IMG/VR virus record: IMGVR_UViG_3300020399_000132
Span: 1 to 64,000 of that record
Direction: 5' to 3' (one strand)
Length of the DNA stretch: 64,000 bases
Origin: a virus
Taxonomy: Duplodnaviria; Caudoviricetes
The stretch's first letter is position 1; each line of letters begins with the position of its first letter. Below the pieces are notes generated by a model. That model was not told where the DNA came from. It saw nothing but the letters and a program-made list of their open reading frames with translations, and searched no databases. Shown one piece after another: positions 18,314-28,747 of this stretch. The position numbers and the translations under genes are program-made.

Positions 18314-19289
18314 TTTTTATAACTGCACGTTTCCCATTATCTCCGCAAGTAAGATAACATCTCGGTAAATGCATAGGGTGCATTTTATTCCAACTCGCCT
18401 CTAACTCATTTTTATACCAATTACTTTCTATTATATCATTAATTGATCTTTTAGTCAAGTCATTAAAATCATGGCCGATTTTTTCATATAGGTGATCTAT
18501 ATCATTATTTTTATGGGCGACTGATTCATCATATAAATGACAACAAGGCCATAATCTTTTATTGGCCCCAATATAAAGTTCACCCTTTATTTTATGCCTG
18601 CACATAATCTTAGCATCTTCATATTGTTTTGTCCGCGCTCTTTTTTCAACCACTTCATATGAATCGGAATCTATTTTATTGGCAGCTTTAGAAGTTACTT
18701 TGTTTTTTTCAGAAGTGTTTCTCCAACTTACTCTAGTGGCAAATTTCATTCCGTTTTCTTTTGCTTTTTGCCTAGCCATTTCAACTTCGTCTTCATTATA
18801 ATCAAAAATGATATACTGCCAGATGCTATGGCCGCCAGTAGAATGGTAAGCACGTATATTATCCCAAACTCTATCCAAGATAACATTTTCCCTGTAATCA
18901 TTTCTTGTAACTCCATCAACCGCCCAATGAATATAAAATCTTTTATTAGATTGTTTAGATAGTACGCCTAAATCTTTCCAAAATTGAGCGGGGCGAGTTC
19001 CTCCATTTGTGGACATTTCAAGATCGCGAACATTTTTTTCATACAAAAAATAAAATATTATTTCATATAGTTCTGGATTAATCATTGGATCACCCAGAAC
19101 ACCACACATCTTTATTTTAGTATTAGATATATCAAGAGGTTCAAACCAATCTATTATATCATCTAAAAGAAGATTTCCTTTATAATAATATTTTCCTCGA
19201 TTATCAAGAATGGTTCTCATACATCCGGAACATTTTGCATTACAAAGAGAAGATAATTCTATTTCTATAATGTTTATATCAAATTGCAT
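18303..19289 (-). CDS. radical SAM enzyme with C-terminal SPASM/Twitch-like domain
   Basis: CNAKCSGC, CGVLGDP, AVDG, WQYIIF.YNE, WPCC, C.LTC. Confidence 0.92.
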   Translation of the reverse strand: MQFDINIIEIELSSLCNAKCSGCMRTILDNRGKYYYKGNLLLDDIIDWFEPLDISNTKIKMCGVLGDPMINPELYEIIFYFLYEKNVRDLEMSTNGGTRPAQFWKDLGVLSKQSNKRFYIHWAVDGVTRNDYRENVILDRVWDNIRAYHSTGGHSIWQYIIFDYNEDEVEMARQKAKENGMKFATRVSWRNTSEKNKVTSKAANKIDSDSYEVVEKRARTKQYEDAKIMCRHKIKGELYIGANKRLWPCCHLYDESVAHKNNDIDHLYEKIGHDFNDLTKRSINDIIESNWYKNELEASWNKMHPMHLPRCYLTCGDNGKRAVIKNVE

Positions 19290-20421
19290 CGAGTTCTTGA
19301 AAAACTTTTTTTGTTGTTATATCAATATCCCAATTACTTTCTTTTTGAGAAACAATATCATATGTAAGACCTTTAACCACATGCTTTGTAAACATAGGTT
19401 CAATATTTTGACTAGTTTTTGTTACACACATTCCACATCCGCAAAATGTCTTAGGGCACGTAATCATCGGCACTTTATTATGTACATATAATTCATGTTC
19501 TAAACTATCAATAATTTTATCAAATTCTGAAATCTTACCTAATGGCGCAACTTCTCCATTTAAATTAACCCCGCATGTTTGATGAGTCCAAACTCTATCA
19601 GCTTCGGAATTTATAAAAAGAAAATACCAATTGACCATACAATTCCAGCCCACAAAATTAGTGCTAGGAAGAAAATAAGTATCCACGCCATCAGCTTTGA
19701 AGCATCTACCCCCGCAGCAGGGTCGACCAAGCCCGGTTTGACTGTTTCCTTTTTCTGTGACAGATTGACCTTTCTGTTTCCAATAATTTCGAAACCATTT
19801 CATTTGTTCTCTATCATATATATGCGTATAGCCCAGCTTAATAGATCTTTTGTCATTTGGGTTATCATCTCCTATGATTCTGGGAATAAAATCTACAGCA
19901 TTTTTTTCTAACTTTTCACATACATCTACACATTCTTTAAAATAATCTTTATGGAACATTACATTAACTTTATACTTTTCTTTTAAAGCTATTGCATTTG
20001 ATATTACTTGTTCCTTTTGCTTCTTCGTTGATTCGCAATGATAAGACAGAGTGCCGCCTGTAGTCAATGATATAACTTTATCTGTGACCCTATCATTAAA
20101 CCATCCATTAGTTGTTAATCCTCTACTGAAATCTGGATATTCACTTTTTACGTATTTTAGAAATTTAAAAAAATCGGGATGAACAGTGGGCTCCCCTCCC
20201 GTAAAACTTAATTTTTTCTTAGCAGGTTTTTTTCTAAATGAATCATAAAGTAATGCATATTCCGCAACGCCATCCATAGACTTGCATAAAGTTTCATAAT
20301 TTACAAAAGCAGATGTCTTATTATTTCTATGGGGAGGGCAATAAGTACATGCATATGAACATCTTCTACCGAGATCCCATATTATCTGATAACGATTTGA
20401 TTTATCTTCTATACTATACAT
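19279..20421 (-). CDS. radical SAM enzyme with Cys-rich C-terminal domain
   Basis: CSYACTYC, TGGEPT, TTNG; GRPCCGGRC, GWNC, CPKTFCGCGMC; start taken at MYSIE to avoid a long overlap. Confidence 0.92.
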   Translation of the reverse strand: MYSIEDKSNRYQIIWDLGRRCSYACTYCPPHRNNKTSAFVNYETLCKSMDGVAEYALLYDSFRKKPAKKKLSFTGGEPTVHPDFFKFLKYVKSEYPDFSRGLTTNGWFNDRVTDKVISLTTGGTLSYHCESTKKQKEQVISNAIALKEKYKVNVMFHKDYFKECVDVCEKLEKNAVDFIPRIIGDDNPNDKRSIKLGYTHIYDREQMKWFRNYWKQKGQSVTEKGNSQTGLGRPCCGGRCFKADGVDTYFLPSTNFVGWNCMVNWYFLFINSEADRVWTHQTCGVNLNGEVAPLGKISEFDKIIDSLEHELYVHNKVPMITCPKTFCGCGMCVTKTSQNIEPMFTKHVVKGLTYDIVSQKESNWDIDITTKKVFQELDAI

Positions 20422-21226
20422 ATCTACCAAATGCCCAATATCGTTCCTGACACCACCAACACTTTTTACAATGTCGAGTATGATGTTTAGTGTCTTCTGC
20501 ATTCCCTTCACAACTATATGTTAACGGAAATAAAGAATCTAATAATTCTTTATCTTTATATGCTTCTGCTTCCCATTTTTTATTAACATTTATAAATGGA
20601 TTTATATAGTGTCTATATCCATTTCGTTGTTCAACAATTTTATCAACTCCATTGTCATCCCTAACACGTTCTTTGTTCTTAGATATTGTTGAATCATCCG
20701 TTGGTGGATTTGAAGTGATTCCTGAATATAATATTTCAAATTTGCGATGACGAAAATTATAATCATCCCGCTCCCAAAATATTTTTATTTCTCTCATATA
20801 TTCATCATCCAATGGTGGATAATAAACTTCGTGGGGTAAAATGAAATCAACTCCCAAATCTTCCTCTATAAAATCTATTACATTGCCGGCATATATAGGA
20901 TTATTAGGCCGACCTCTACGAACAGATATAGGTTGAAATTTAATATCTAATTCTTCATCTCGTATTTTTTTACATAATAGATAAGCCAATAAAGAACTAT
21001 CTGCCCCACCAGACATCCATTGTCCTATAACATTAACAGGAATTTCTTCTATATCTGAAGAACCTTCAAACGAACCCAATTTAAATAAAAATTCTTCATT
21101 TTCATATGGTTCTTTATCTGCATTTTTATATGAATCAAAAAAATCTTCTAAAACTTGTTGCTTTAATCGTTTTGTGGTTGATGGAATATTAATTTCAACT
21201 GTTTTATTTAAATATGTTAATTTCAT
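20414..21226 (-). CDS. second QueC-like PP-loop ATPase
   Basis: MSGGADS, PF.NVNK, LTYSCEG...CKKCWWCQER zinc motif. Confidence 0.78.
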   Translation of the reverse strand: MKLTYLNKTVEINIPSTTKRLKQQVLEDFFDSYKNADKEPYENEEFLFKLGSFEGSSDIEEIPVNVIGQWMSGGADSSLLAYLLCKKIRDEELDIKFQPISVRRGRPNNPIYAGNVIDFIEEDLGVDFILPHEVYYPPLDDEYMREIKIFWERDDYNFRHRKFEILYSGITSNPPTDDSTISKNKERVRDDNGVDKIVEQRNGYRHYINPFINVNKKWEAEAYKDKELLDSLFPLTYSCEGNAEDTKHHTRHCKKCWWCQERYWAFGRYV

Positions 21227-22650
21227 AATTTATTATACCATTCTAACCATTCTAAGTCTGGAAAAATTTTATTAAAATCTAAATCTCTTTTTTCTGATAC
21301 TTTATAACACCATTCAACTGTTTCTGGTAATCTTTCCGACCAATCTTCTGTATTCATAAAAGAAACTAGACCTTCTAATCTTTTAATTCCATATGGAAGT
21401 TCTTTCCATTCATTCCATGTTAAGCTTTCTACGCCATTACATTTTCGCCAATTACTTTTTAACCATTTTCCAAAATCTTGATACTTTAAAGTTGTTTCTT
21501 TTTTAAACCAATCCGGAAGTACTTTACAGTTCAATTGTGGTGGCCAATATGCAAGATGCAAATCTATCATGCCAGCACCGGCAGGAAATTTATTTAATAT
21601 CTTCCAATCTTCTTCTAATTTCCAAGTTATAAATTCGGGCAAATAAAAAATATTTAGTGCTGTAATACATGTTGCTGTTGTAAGTCTTAAATTATCATAA
21701 GGGTAATCATCCATTTTGTGTAATTGATTTACAACTCTTTTCCACTTTGCAGGATATCGAATAAAATAATTTTGTTCTCCGTATGCATCTATACTAAAAT
21801 GCATAATAACATTTTTAAATTCTTTCCAAAGATCAAATAAATTAGATTGCCATTCTATGCCATTTGAATTATATCTCAACTCAATATTTTTAGCATAACC
21901 CATTTCAATAATTTTTTCAAGAACATCATAATGTTCATCCATTATAAGTGATTCACCACCAGCCCAATATAACTGTCTTAATGTAGGAACTTGTTCGTAA
22001 AAGTCTTTCCAAAACTCTGGATTTTTTTTATGCCATGCATAACTTCCACCTGACCATGCTAATTTACCAGATTCTTTTTCCCACTCCATACTAGACTTGA
22101 GTCTTTTATTTTCTAGAGTAGGCCAAATTTCTTTATATTCTTTTACCCATTTGCTACTATCATGCGGACTACACATAACACATGCAAGATTGCACTTACT
22201 ACCAAGGCGAAGATCAATGTACCTTATTTTAGGTGGTATAGTGCCGTCAGTTTCAGTTTCTCCAACAATATCATCGAGTCCGAGCTCATTAATCCATTTG
22301 GCTGTTTCCCATTGTCTTTTACTTCTGTGTCCGGCATCTTCTTCCTTAAAACATTTTAAACAAGATGATGGTTTTTCGCCTCGCAACATCATTCTTCTGA
22401 CACCTTTCATATATTCATTATTCCAGGCATCTAATAATCTAGTTGTGGATAAATTTGCTGGTTTGCCGTCATCTCTTTTAAGTACTCCGGCTTCCGAAAC
22501 AGTTTTATTAGTAGAATCTTTATCTTGTACTGCCGAAGCATTTGCAGTACAGCATACTCTCATATGACCTGACGGTCGAGTCGAAATATGCATCCATGGT
22601 AATGCACAAAATGTTGAAGATGGAGTTGGTGGATCATTATCTATTTTCAT
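21223..22650 (-). CDS. radical SAM enzyme with N-terminal Twitch-like domain
   Basis: FCALPW, RVCC, CLKCFKEE; CNLACVMC, AGGE, YNSNG, SIDA. Confidence 0.93.
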   Translation of the reverse strand: MKIDNDPPTPSSTFCALPWMHISTRPSGHMRVCCTANASAVQDKDSTNKTVSEAGVLKRDDGKPANLSTTRLLDAWNNEYMKGVRRMMLRGEKPSSCLKCFKEEDAGHRSKRQWETAKWINELGLDDIVGETETDGTIPPKIRYIDLRLGSKCNLACVMCSPHDSSKWVKEYKEIWPTLENKRLKSSMEWEKESGKLAWSGGSYAWHKKNPEFWKDFYEQVPTLRQLYWAGGESLIMDEHYDVLEKIIEMGYAKNIELRYNSNGIEWQSNLFDLWKEFKNVIMHFSIDAYGEQNYFIRYPAKWKRVVNQLHKMDDYPYDNLRLTTATCITALNIFYLPEFITWKLEEDWKILNKFPAGAGMIDLHLAYWPPQLNCKVLPDWFKKETTLKYQDFGKWLKSNWRKCNGVESLTWNEWKELPYGIKRLEGLVSFMNTEDWSERLPETVEWCYKVSEKRDLDFNKIFPDLEWLEWYNKL

Positions 22651-22651
22651 A

Positions 22652-23827
22652 TTAACTGTCTAACCAGGATATTAAGTTGGGGTGAAGATAATCTCGGAAA
22701 TTCTGATTACGAGATGAATCAAACAATTTTATTTCTTTAATCATTTTTTGTTTATCTTCTTGATTATTATCAATAGCATCTTGAATCATATTTAATAACA
22801 TATGATCACTAAACTCTACATTAAGAATTTTATTATATAATTTTTTTAATAAAAATATAGGTAATCTTTTTATACCTATACCTCTGAGATTGGGATATAC
22901 TTCAGTAAAATAAATATTAAATGAATCATTATTCCAGTTTATCAATTCATCTATATAAAATATATTTAATGAACTTACTACACAATTATATTTAATTTCT
23001 CTTATATTATAACATTTTTTAATAAAATTAGCAATTGATTTTTCTACTTTTTTAAAAGTATATGGATATCTCACATATTCAAAATTTTTTCCTATTGAAT
23101 CAATCGATATTGTAAAATATAATCCCTTGAACTCGTTAAGAATATCACAAATTTTATTAGTAAATAAAGACCCATTCGTTGTTACATTTAAATTTAACCC
23201 ATCTTTTTTTAGCGGTATCATGGCATTAATAAATTGTTTATTAAAAAGAGGTTCCCCTCCAGTTACTTTTAATGCACCAATTTTGTGTATATTATTGATC
23301 ACCCACTCCCATTGGGGCAATTCTACTGAGCTTAATATATCACTAGAAGAAAAAAATCCATCAGTTACCGAAGTGATATCATCAATGCTTTCATGACGTT
23401 TGAAATAATTAAAATCTTTTTGAAGTAAGCTTGAAGCCATCGGGGAACACATTCGGCATGCCATATTACATTTATTATCTAATAAAAAATGTACCATTAA
23501 TCCGAGAGTGTCTTTATCAATTTTGTCAGGATTTAATCTGGGACTATGTGGTCCTGTTTTTTCTCGGTCCCAACAAAATTTACACCTTTTATCTTTTACG
23601 CCCTTTAGGTGGTTATCCTGCAGGGTTCGATAATTTGAAGAATCAATTATTTGTTCCGGATTTAATTCCGAATCATTGGATTGCCATTCAAGGGGATTTG
23701 GTATTTTTTGAATAGGGCAATGGCTTTCATTATTTTTAGTTATAGCCTCACAGGGCATAAAAAGAGGAAAATCTTTTTTTCGATTTATAAAAAAAACAGA
23801 TTTAAATGGTAAATCACAAAGAGGCAT
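22652..23827 (-). CDS. radical SAM enzyme with N-terminal Twitch-like domain
   Basis: CDLPF, CKFCW; CNMACRMC, TGGEP, TTNG, SIDS. Confidence 0.92.
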   Translation of the reverse strand: MPLCDLPFKSVFFINRKKDFPLFMPCEAITKNNESHCPIQKIPNPLEWQSNDSELNPEQIIDSSNYRTLQDNHLKGVKDKRCKFCWDREKTGPHSPRLNPDKIDKDTLGLMVHFLLDNKCNMACRMCSPMASSLLQKDFNYFKRHESIDDITSVTDGFFSSSDILSSVELPQWEWVINNIHKIGALKVTGGEPLFNKQFINAMIPLKKDGLNLNVTTNGSLFTNKICDILNEFKGLYFTISIDSIGKNFEYVRYPYTFKKVEKSIANFIKKCYNIREIKYNCVVSSLNIFYIDELINWNNDSFNIYFTEVYPNLRGIGIKRLPIFLLKKLYNKILNVEFSDHMLLNMIQDAIDNNQEDKQKMIKEIKLFDSSRNQNFRDYLHPNLISWLDS

Positions 23828-23830
23828 TTT

Positions 23831-24499
23831 CTAAACATAATTAACACTGATTTGCTTATTGCGCTTTAATGATGGAAATGTAAAAGTAGGATCGCTGTGA
23901 TGTTCTCGTCTATCTCTTTTTGTATCAGCAACACCAACACCCATTAACAATACAGGGCTCTCTCCTAAAATATCTTTAACAGCTTGAGAATCCATACACT
24001 TACAACAACCAGTGGAATAACCCATCTGCGTTGCTATAACATTTACATAGCCGGCTGAAATACCAATCGCCATTGCGCGATCTTCTTCATAATCATCATC
24101 CTCTTCTCTTACTTGAGTAGGTTCATTTTTGGTAAATGCCAATAGCATTTGTCCTAAAACTTGAGGATTAGTATACCAATCGCCCTCTCCATCACCTTCT
24201 TCAAAGTGAGCTCGACCGTCTTTAGATCTTTCATGAGGAGATTTGTTCGCATCATAGGTTTTATAGATTGGTCCAAAGCCTTCTGTGTGTGAATGAATTT
24301 TTTCAATCATATCTCGATCTTCAATAACGTGAAGATTAAAATAGTTAAGATTTTGTTTTGAAGGAGAATTAGTTGCGGCCTCAACAATTAAATCTTTATC
24401 TTCTTGAGGAATGTCTTTACTTAAATCCCAATTCCTCTGACACTTTTGAGATTCATGAATCGTTTCTCGCAGCATCTTATTAAATGAACCATGTGCCAT
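23831..24499 (-). CDS. nitroreductase-fold flavoprotein
   Basis: QRNWD, ATNSPSKQN, IGISAG..A..GY.TG, LLMGVG. Confidence 0.75.
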   Translation of the reverse strand: MAHGSFNKMLRETIHESQKCQRNWDLSKDIPQEDKDLIVEAATNSPSKQNLNYFNLHVIEDRDMIEKIHSHTEGFGPIYKTYDANKSPHERSKDGRAHFEEGDGEGDWYTNPQVLGQMLLAFTKNEPTQVREEDDDYEEDRAMAIGISAGYVNVIATQMGYSTGCCKCMDSQAVKDILGESPVLLMGVGVADTKRDRREHHSDPTFTFPSLKRNKQISVNYV

Positions 24500-24523
24500 A
24501 ATTATTTCCTTATTAAATTTTTA

Positions 24524-24853
24524 TTAATCAATAATCTGTTCCATAACATCTGAAACGGTATAACTTATATTATATTTATGCATTAATCTTTTTTGATCAT
24601 TTCTTAATTTTATACTATTATAATATTCTTCTTGTGTTTGATATATGTGTGTTAATATACCGATATTAGGCGGAGTAAAGGTTAAGAAAAAGTGTTCATG
24701 ACCATATTGCTCCATAAGTTTAAAATTATATATTCGTAAAGGATCCTTGTTTTGGGGCACCAACGATATTTCAAACCATTTTTTAAATTCATATTTATTT
24801 TTAAATGCTTTATCAGAACACGTTATTAATGTTTGTATAATATATCTATTCAT
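24524..24853 (-). CDS. hypothetical protein
   Basis: ORF with probable ATG at 24853, overlapping the upstream stop; no recognisable motif. Confidence 0.5.
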   Translation of the reverse strand: MNRYIIQTLITCSDKAFKNKYEFKKWFEISLVPQNKDPLRIYNFKLMEQYGHEHFFLTFTPPNIGILTHIYQTQEEYYNSIKLRNDQKRLMHKYNISYTVSDVMEQIID

Positions 24854-25370
24854 TATTCTCCGGAATAATCCATGGATAATCAATATTACTTGGTGCCGAA
24901 AAATAGTTAAGAGACCAACGATTATTCTTACATTCAACTTTATGTTCCATTGCCGGTTTATTAAATTGTTTTGCTCCCATATCGCCGAGCCAAATAAACA
25001 ATCCATAATCCAACTCTTCCCATTGTTCATTTATTTTAAGATACATTCCAGGATAAATGTTATAAAGAAAAGATAACATTCCTCTATCTGTATGCTCTCT
25101 AATATAACCTTTATTATATTTTAATATTGAAGCTTTAAAGTTTTTTGTATTTTCATATAAAGGATCATCTAAAATATCCATATTTAAATTATACATTTCA
25201 CTACACCATTTTTCAGCCTTCATTTCTAGAAATGGAGTCCAATCATACATTTCCATTTTCCAATAGTTATCGTGAAAGTTATTCCATTCTACATTATCAA
25301 ATTCTTTAATAGGGATATCAATTTGATAATCTATTTTACAATACCCTTTTTCTAATATTTTATCTATCAT
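24846..25370 (-). CDS. 2OG-Fe(II) oxygenase, IPNS/flavonol-synthase-like
   Basis: HTDRGMLS, GD, distal H in HKV, RWS. Confidence 0.75.
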   Translation of the reverse strand: MIDKILEKGYCKIDYQIDIPIKEFDNVEWNNFHDNYWKMEMYDWTPFLEMKAEKWCSEMYNLNMDILDDPLYENTKNFKASILKYNKGYIREHTDRGMLSFLYNIYPGMYLKINEQWEELDYGLFIWLGDMGAKQFNKPAMEHKVECKNNRWSLNYFSAPSNIDYPWIIPENNE

Positions 25371-25842
25371 AAAATTCTTTAAAAAGTTTTTTACCTACTT
25401 CTAAATTATTAAATAAATCTTTTATATTATTATTACCTACTTCATCGGTAATATATTTGTAACATTCAAACCCTACGAGAAATTCATCACATATTTCTTT
25501 TAAGAAAAAGGCTTCACAATCTACTAAATCTGGATTTATAATATTTTGAGAAATAACTTTTTTTGTAACATACTCACCTTGAGATAAGAGAGTCAATCCT
25601 ATATTGTTACCTAAAATTTTGTTTCCATGTTTAAATGAAGTAATTTGATGTAAGCCTCTTAGACCTGAAACATATGTTCCACAAGAACCATAATTTACTA
25701 TTCGAGTTAATAACTGTTGGGTCAGCGATAAAGATTGTAAATAATTTCTTAAACTTTCTTTACATTTTTTTTCGCCGATTCCTAATAAAATATCCGGATT
25801 ATCATATTCCTCCGGCATTGCTACTGCTAATATGTTTCGCAT
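25360..25842 (-). CDS. MTA/SAH nucleosidase-like (nucleoside phosphorylase fold) protein
   Basis: AMPEE, GIG, VNYGSCG, VDCEA, KYITD. Confidence 0.68.
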   Translation of the reverse strand: MRNILAVAMPEEYDNPDILLGIGEKKCKESLRNYLQSLSLTQQLLTRIVNYGSCGTYVSGLRGLHQITSFKHGNKILGNNIGLTLLSQGEYVTKKVISQNIINPDLVDCEAFFLKEICDEFLVGFECYKYITDEVGNNNIKDLFNNLEVGKKLFKEFYDR

Positions 25843-26936
25843 ACACTATTATAAATGGTTTGACATTCTTCCGGCATTCCCCATTTTTGAAAATGCTTAT
25901 AGAATTTTATATATTGATTTGTATATTCAGGATTATTTTTTTCACTAAACATAAATTCAGAAACCTTGTCTAATTTTTTATCTAATTTATTTGATATTAA
26001 TTCTTTTGTAATATCTGGTAAATGTAAAATACTTAAATAATAAGGTTTTAATATTAAATCTAATGCGTGGTTTTCACCTTCCATACCGTAATGAATTGGA
26101 AGATCTATCCAATCAATTAAATCATTTAAACCTAGAACAGAAAAATTATGAATCACAGAATTATAAGAAATGTTTGTTGTATAATTCATCCATTTTGCAG
26201 AATTAATTTTAAAATCTTTTATATTTAAACCACGTCTATTCCACTCACCTAATTTACCAATAGAATCTATACTTAATACTAAAGAAATCTTTTTAAATTT
26301 GGGCAAATAATATTGCCATTTTTTATTTGGAAAAACAGAATTATTTGTATTAATAAACAATTCAACATTTTGAATAATTTTTTGATCTTCTAAAACTTTA
26401 AAAACTTTTAAAAAATTATCTTCTATCAGTGGTTCTCCTCCAAGAATTCTTAATAATGTTAAATTTTCTAGATTTACATTGAACAAATCATATGGAGAAG
26501 TTAAATGTTTTTGAGGAGCTATTTGTCCAACTTTATCTACTCCAATATTATTTAATGCTATATCATCGTCATACCAATTCTGACTAAAATGACTGTTGCA
26601 CATAATACATTGAAAATTACATTTATTACTTAAACATAATTCTAATTCTCTTATAGAAGGAGTAACAACATGAGGATATTTTTCATTCCAATAATCTCTA
26701 TGACTAGGATTACCGTTTTTAGCATCGACTTTACATTCTATGCATCCTGGAATATCTTCATTGGTAACCATTCGCATACGAAAATTATAGTATTCTTTAC
26801 CATCAAAAAATTCTTGAAGATTTTTATGGGTTTCGCCAATTTTTACATTCTTAAATCTATCAAAATATGTTGAACAAGGAACAACCATTCCGTTTTCATC
26901 TTGTCTTATTGTAACCCATGGCGCAGAGCATCTCAT
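25827..26936 (-). CDS. radical SAM enzyme with N-terminal Twitch-like domain
   Basis: CSAPW, PC, GCIEC; CNFQCIMC, LGGEP, TNNS, SIDS; ATGA coupling at 26936. Confidence 0.92.
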   Translation of the reverse strand: MRCSAPWVTIRQDENGMVVPCSTYFDRFKNVKIGETHKNLQEFFDGKEYYNFRMRMVTNEDIPGCIECKVDAKNGNPSHRDYWNEKYPHVVTPSIRELELCLSNKCNFQCIMCNSHFSQNWYDDDIALNNIGVDKVGQIAPQKHLTSPYDLFNVNLENLTLLRILGGEPLIEDNFLKVFKVLEDQKIIQNVELFINTNNSVFPNKKWQYYLPKFKKISLVLSIDSIGKLGEWNRRGLNIKDFKINSAKWMNYTTNISYNSVIHNFSVLGLNDLIDWIDLPIHYGMEGENHALDLILKPYYLSILHLPDITKELISNKLDKKLDKVSEFMFSEKNNPEYTNQYIKFYKHFQKWGMPEECQTIYNSVCETY

Positions 26937-27682
26937 GACCAATCCCCCATGGTATTTGGGTCTGGACATAAACGAAATTGTCTATCATATTCTTTATAAT
27001 TCTCTAAAGCTCTTTCTGTTAATCCACTTTCAAGTTTTATCATATCTTGTAATCGATTAATCTTAGTGCTTCTTACAATGGGATTAACACCTTTAGATAA
27101 TAACCAATCAAGCATAACACCTGATGAGATTGATGTCTCACCCGGCAAAGACGGAGGTTTACCTCTACAAATAGAAGAATAAGACTGTACTTCAATGTTA
27201 TGACGTTTACATTCATTAATTAATTCATCATTCTGACAAAATATATTCAATTCAAATTGGTTTATATCGGGGGGTATTTCACATATATCTAATAATTTTT
27301 GAAGATGTTTAATTGTAAAATTGCAGACACCTATTTTTTCAACTTGGCCTTGATTTTTAAGATGTTCAAACGCTCTCCATGTTTCTTTTAACTCTTTTAA
27401 TGGTAAAACGGGCCAATGTATTAAATATGTTGTTATACTTAAATGTTCGCTGGAATTTTCAAACTCTTCAATAACATTTTCATATCCCCATTTAAAATAA
27501 TCTAATTTGGACTGGACTTGAAAGTAGCCCTCAAGATCATTACCAACTTCTTTCTCATTTAAATATCCAGGTGCAGAATCAAAAGTATCAAAGCCGGCTT
27601 TTACTGCATTTTTAATTCCAGTATCTTTACCTTTTAAAGCGTGGCCATCATCGCCCCACTTTTCAACTGTTCCAAATATCAT
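26933..27682 (-). CDS. aldo/keto reductase
   Basis: FGT, FDSA..Y.NE, SKL, YLIHWP, IGVCNF, NQFE. Confidence 0.9.
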   Translation of the reverse strand: MIFGTVEKWGDDGHALKGKDTGIKNAVKAGFDTFDSAPGYLNEKEVGNDLEGYFQVQSKLDYFKWGYENVIEEFENSSEHLSITTYLIHWPVLPLKELKETWRAFEHLKNQGQVEKIGVCNFTIKHLQKLLDICEIPPDINQFELNIFCQNDELINECKRHNIEVQSYSSICRGKPPSLPGETSISSGVMLDWLLSKGVNPIVRSTKINRLQDMIKLESGLTERALENYKEYDRQFRLCPDPNTMGDWS

Positions 27683-28746
27683 ATATTATACATTATAATG
27701 GGTGGGACATTGTCAGTTATTTTACCCATATCCTCTAAGAGATATTCAGAAGGTAGAGCTCGCTTATATTCATCTTCAAATTCCGGTAAAAAATCTAATA
27801 ATGATTTATTATATTGAACATCGCGCACTTTTAAAAAACTCATGGCTGATTTAAATTTGCCTAAATCTGGTTCAGCATGTTTAAAAGATTTTGTTAACTG
27901 GTGACTTTCACTATTTTGAAGCTTATATGGAATAGGTAAATTTATAGCATCTAAAATACTAGGTATCATCAATCTATTAACCGTAGTTAATGTTTTCCCA
28001 AATTCACCGGACACATAATTTTTAATATCATTTAAATACTTATAATTCATCATTTGCATGGTACAGTAGAAATCTATATCAAAGTATTCCGCATATTTTT
28101 TTATATTTAAATGTTTTTTAGTAAAATTGGAACCTTGGCGAATATAATCATCTAATTGTCCGACGCCATCTATCGAAACTATAAATTTAATTTTTTTCTT
28201 AGTTAATTTATATAACCATTTGGGAAAAGTAGTGGCATTAGTTATGAGTTGGAATTCTGCATCAAGATTAAACAGGACATCTTTTACACTTTTCATTAAT
28301 AATGCTTCACCCCCTATAAACCCAATTTTTTTAATATTTTTGAACTCATCAATATTATAATTCCAATTATCTATTAATGGTCCATATCTGGAAGACCTTT
28401 CAGGACCACAACCAGCGCATCGTAGGTTGCATTGATTACCAATTTGATTTAAATTAATGTGAGTTAATTCTTCCTTAGGTGGCTTAATAAAAGGAATTCT
28501 AGGAGACGTTTCATTAGAGTTTTCTAATTTTATACAATAACGGCACATGTCTTGGACATCGGAAGAAAATATGCCATTAGCCATATCTGATCGAATATTT
28601 TTTAATAAAGAACTATTAAAGAAATTATTCGGCGATGAATTATGATATTTTGGATATACTTTAGACCAAGAACAAGTTTGATAGTCCCCTTCCATGGTCA
28701 TGTTTAACATGCTATATGGAAATTCACATGTGAAATTTTTAGTCAT
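27679..28746 (-). CDS. radical SAM enzyme with N-terminal Twitch-like domain
   Basis: CEFPY, CRYC..E; CNLRCAGC, IGGE, TNAT, SIDG. Confidence 0.9.
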   Translation of the reverse strand: MTKNFTCEFPYSMLNMTMEGDYQTCSWSKVYPKYHNSSPNNFFNSSLLKNIRSDMANGIFSSDVQDMCRYCIKLENSNETSPRIPFIKPPKEELTHINLNQIGNQCNLRCAGCGPERSSRYGPLIDNWNYNIDEFKNIKKIGFIGGEALLMKSVKDVLFNLDAEFQLITNATTFPKWLYKLTKKKIKFIVSIDGVGQLDDYIRQGSNFTKKHLNIKKYAEYFDIDFYCTMQMMNYKYLNDIKNYVSGEFGKTLTTVNRLMIPSILDAINLPIPYKLQNSESHQLTKSFKHAEPDLGKFKSAMSFLKVRDVQYNKSLLDFLPEFEDEYKRALPSEYLLEDMGKITDNVPPIIMYNI

Positions 28747-28747
28747 A

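Noticed and set aside
20422-20511. Long N-terminal extensions in the ORF track (also ORFs ending 25030, 4362, 9794, 26969, 39615)
   Set aside because: They overlap upstream genes extensively; downstream ATGs near or coupled to the upstream stop are more plausible
23831-24499. BluB (B12 lower-ligand synthase) or azoline dehydrogenase call for the nitroreductase
   Set aside because: Only the general fold is recognisable; no cob genes or YcaO partner in the window
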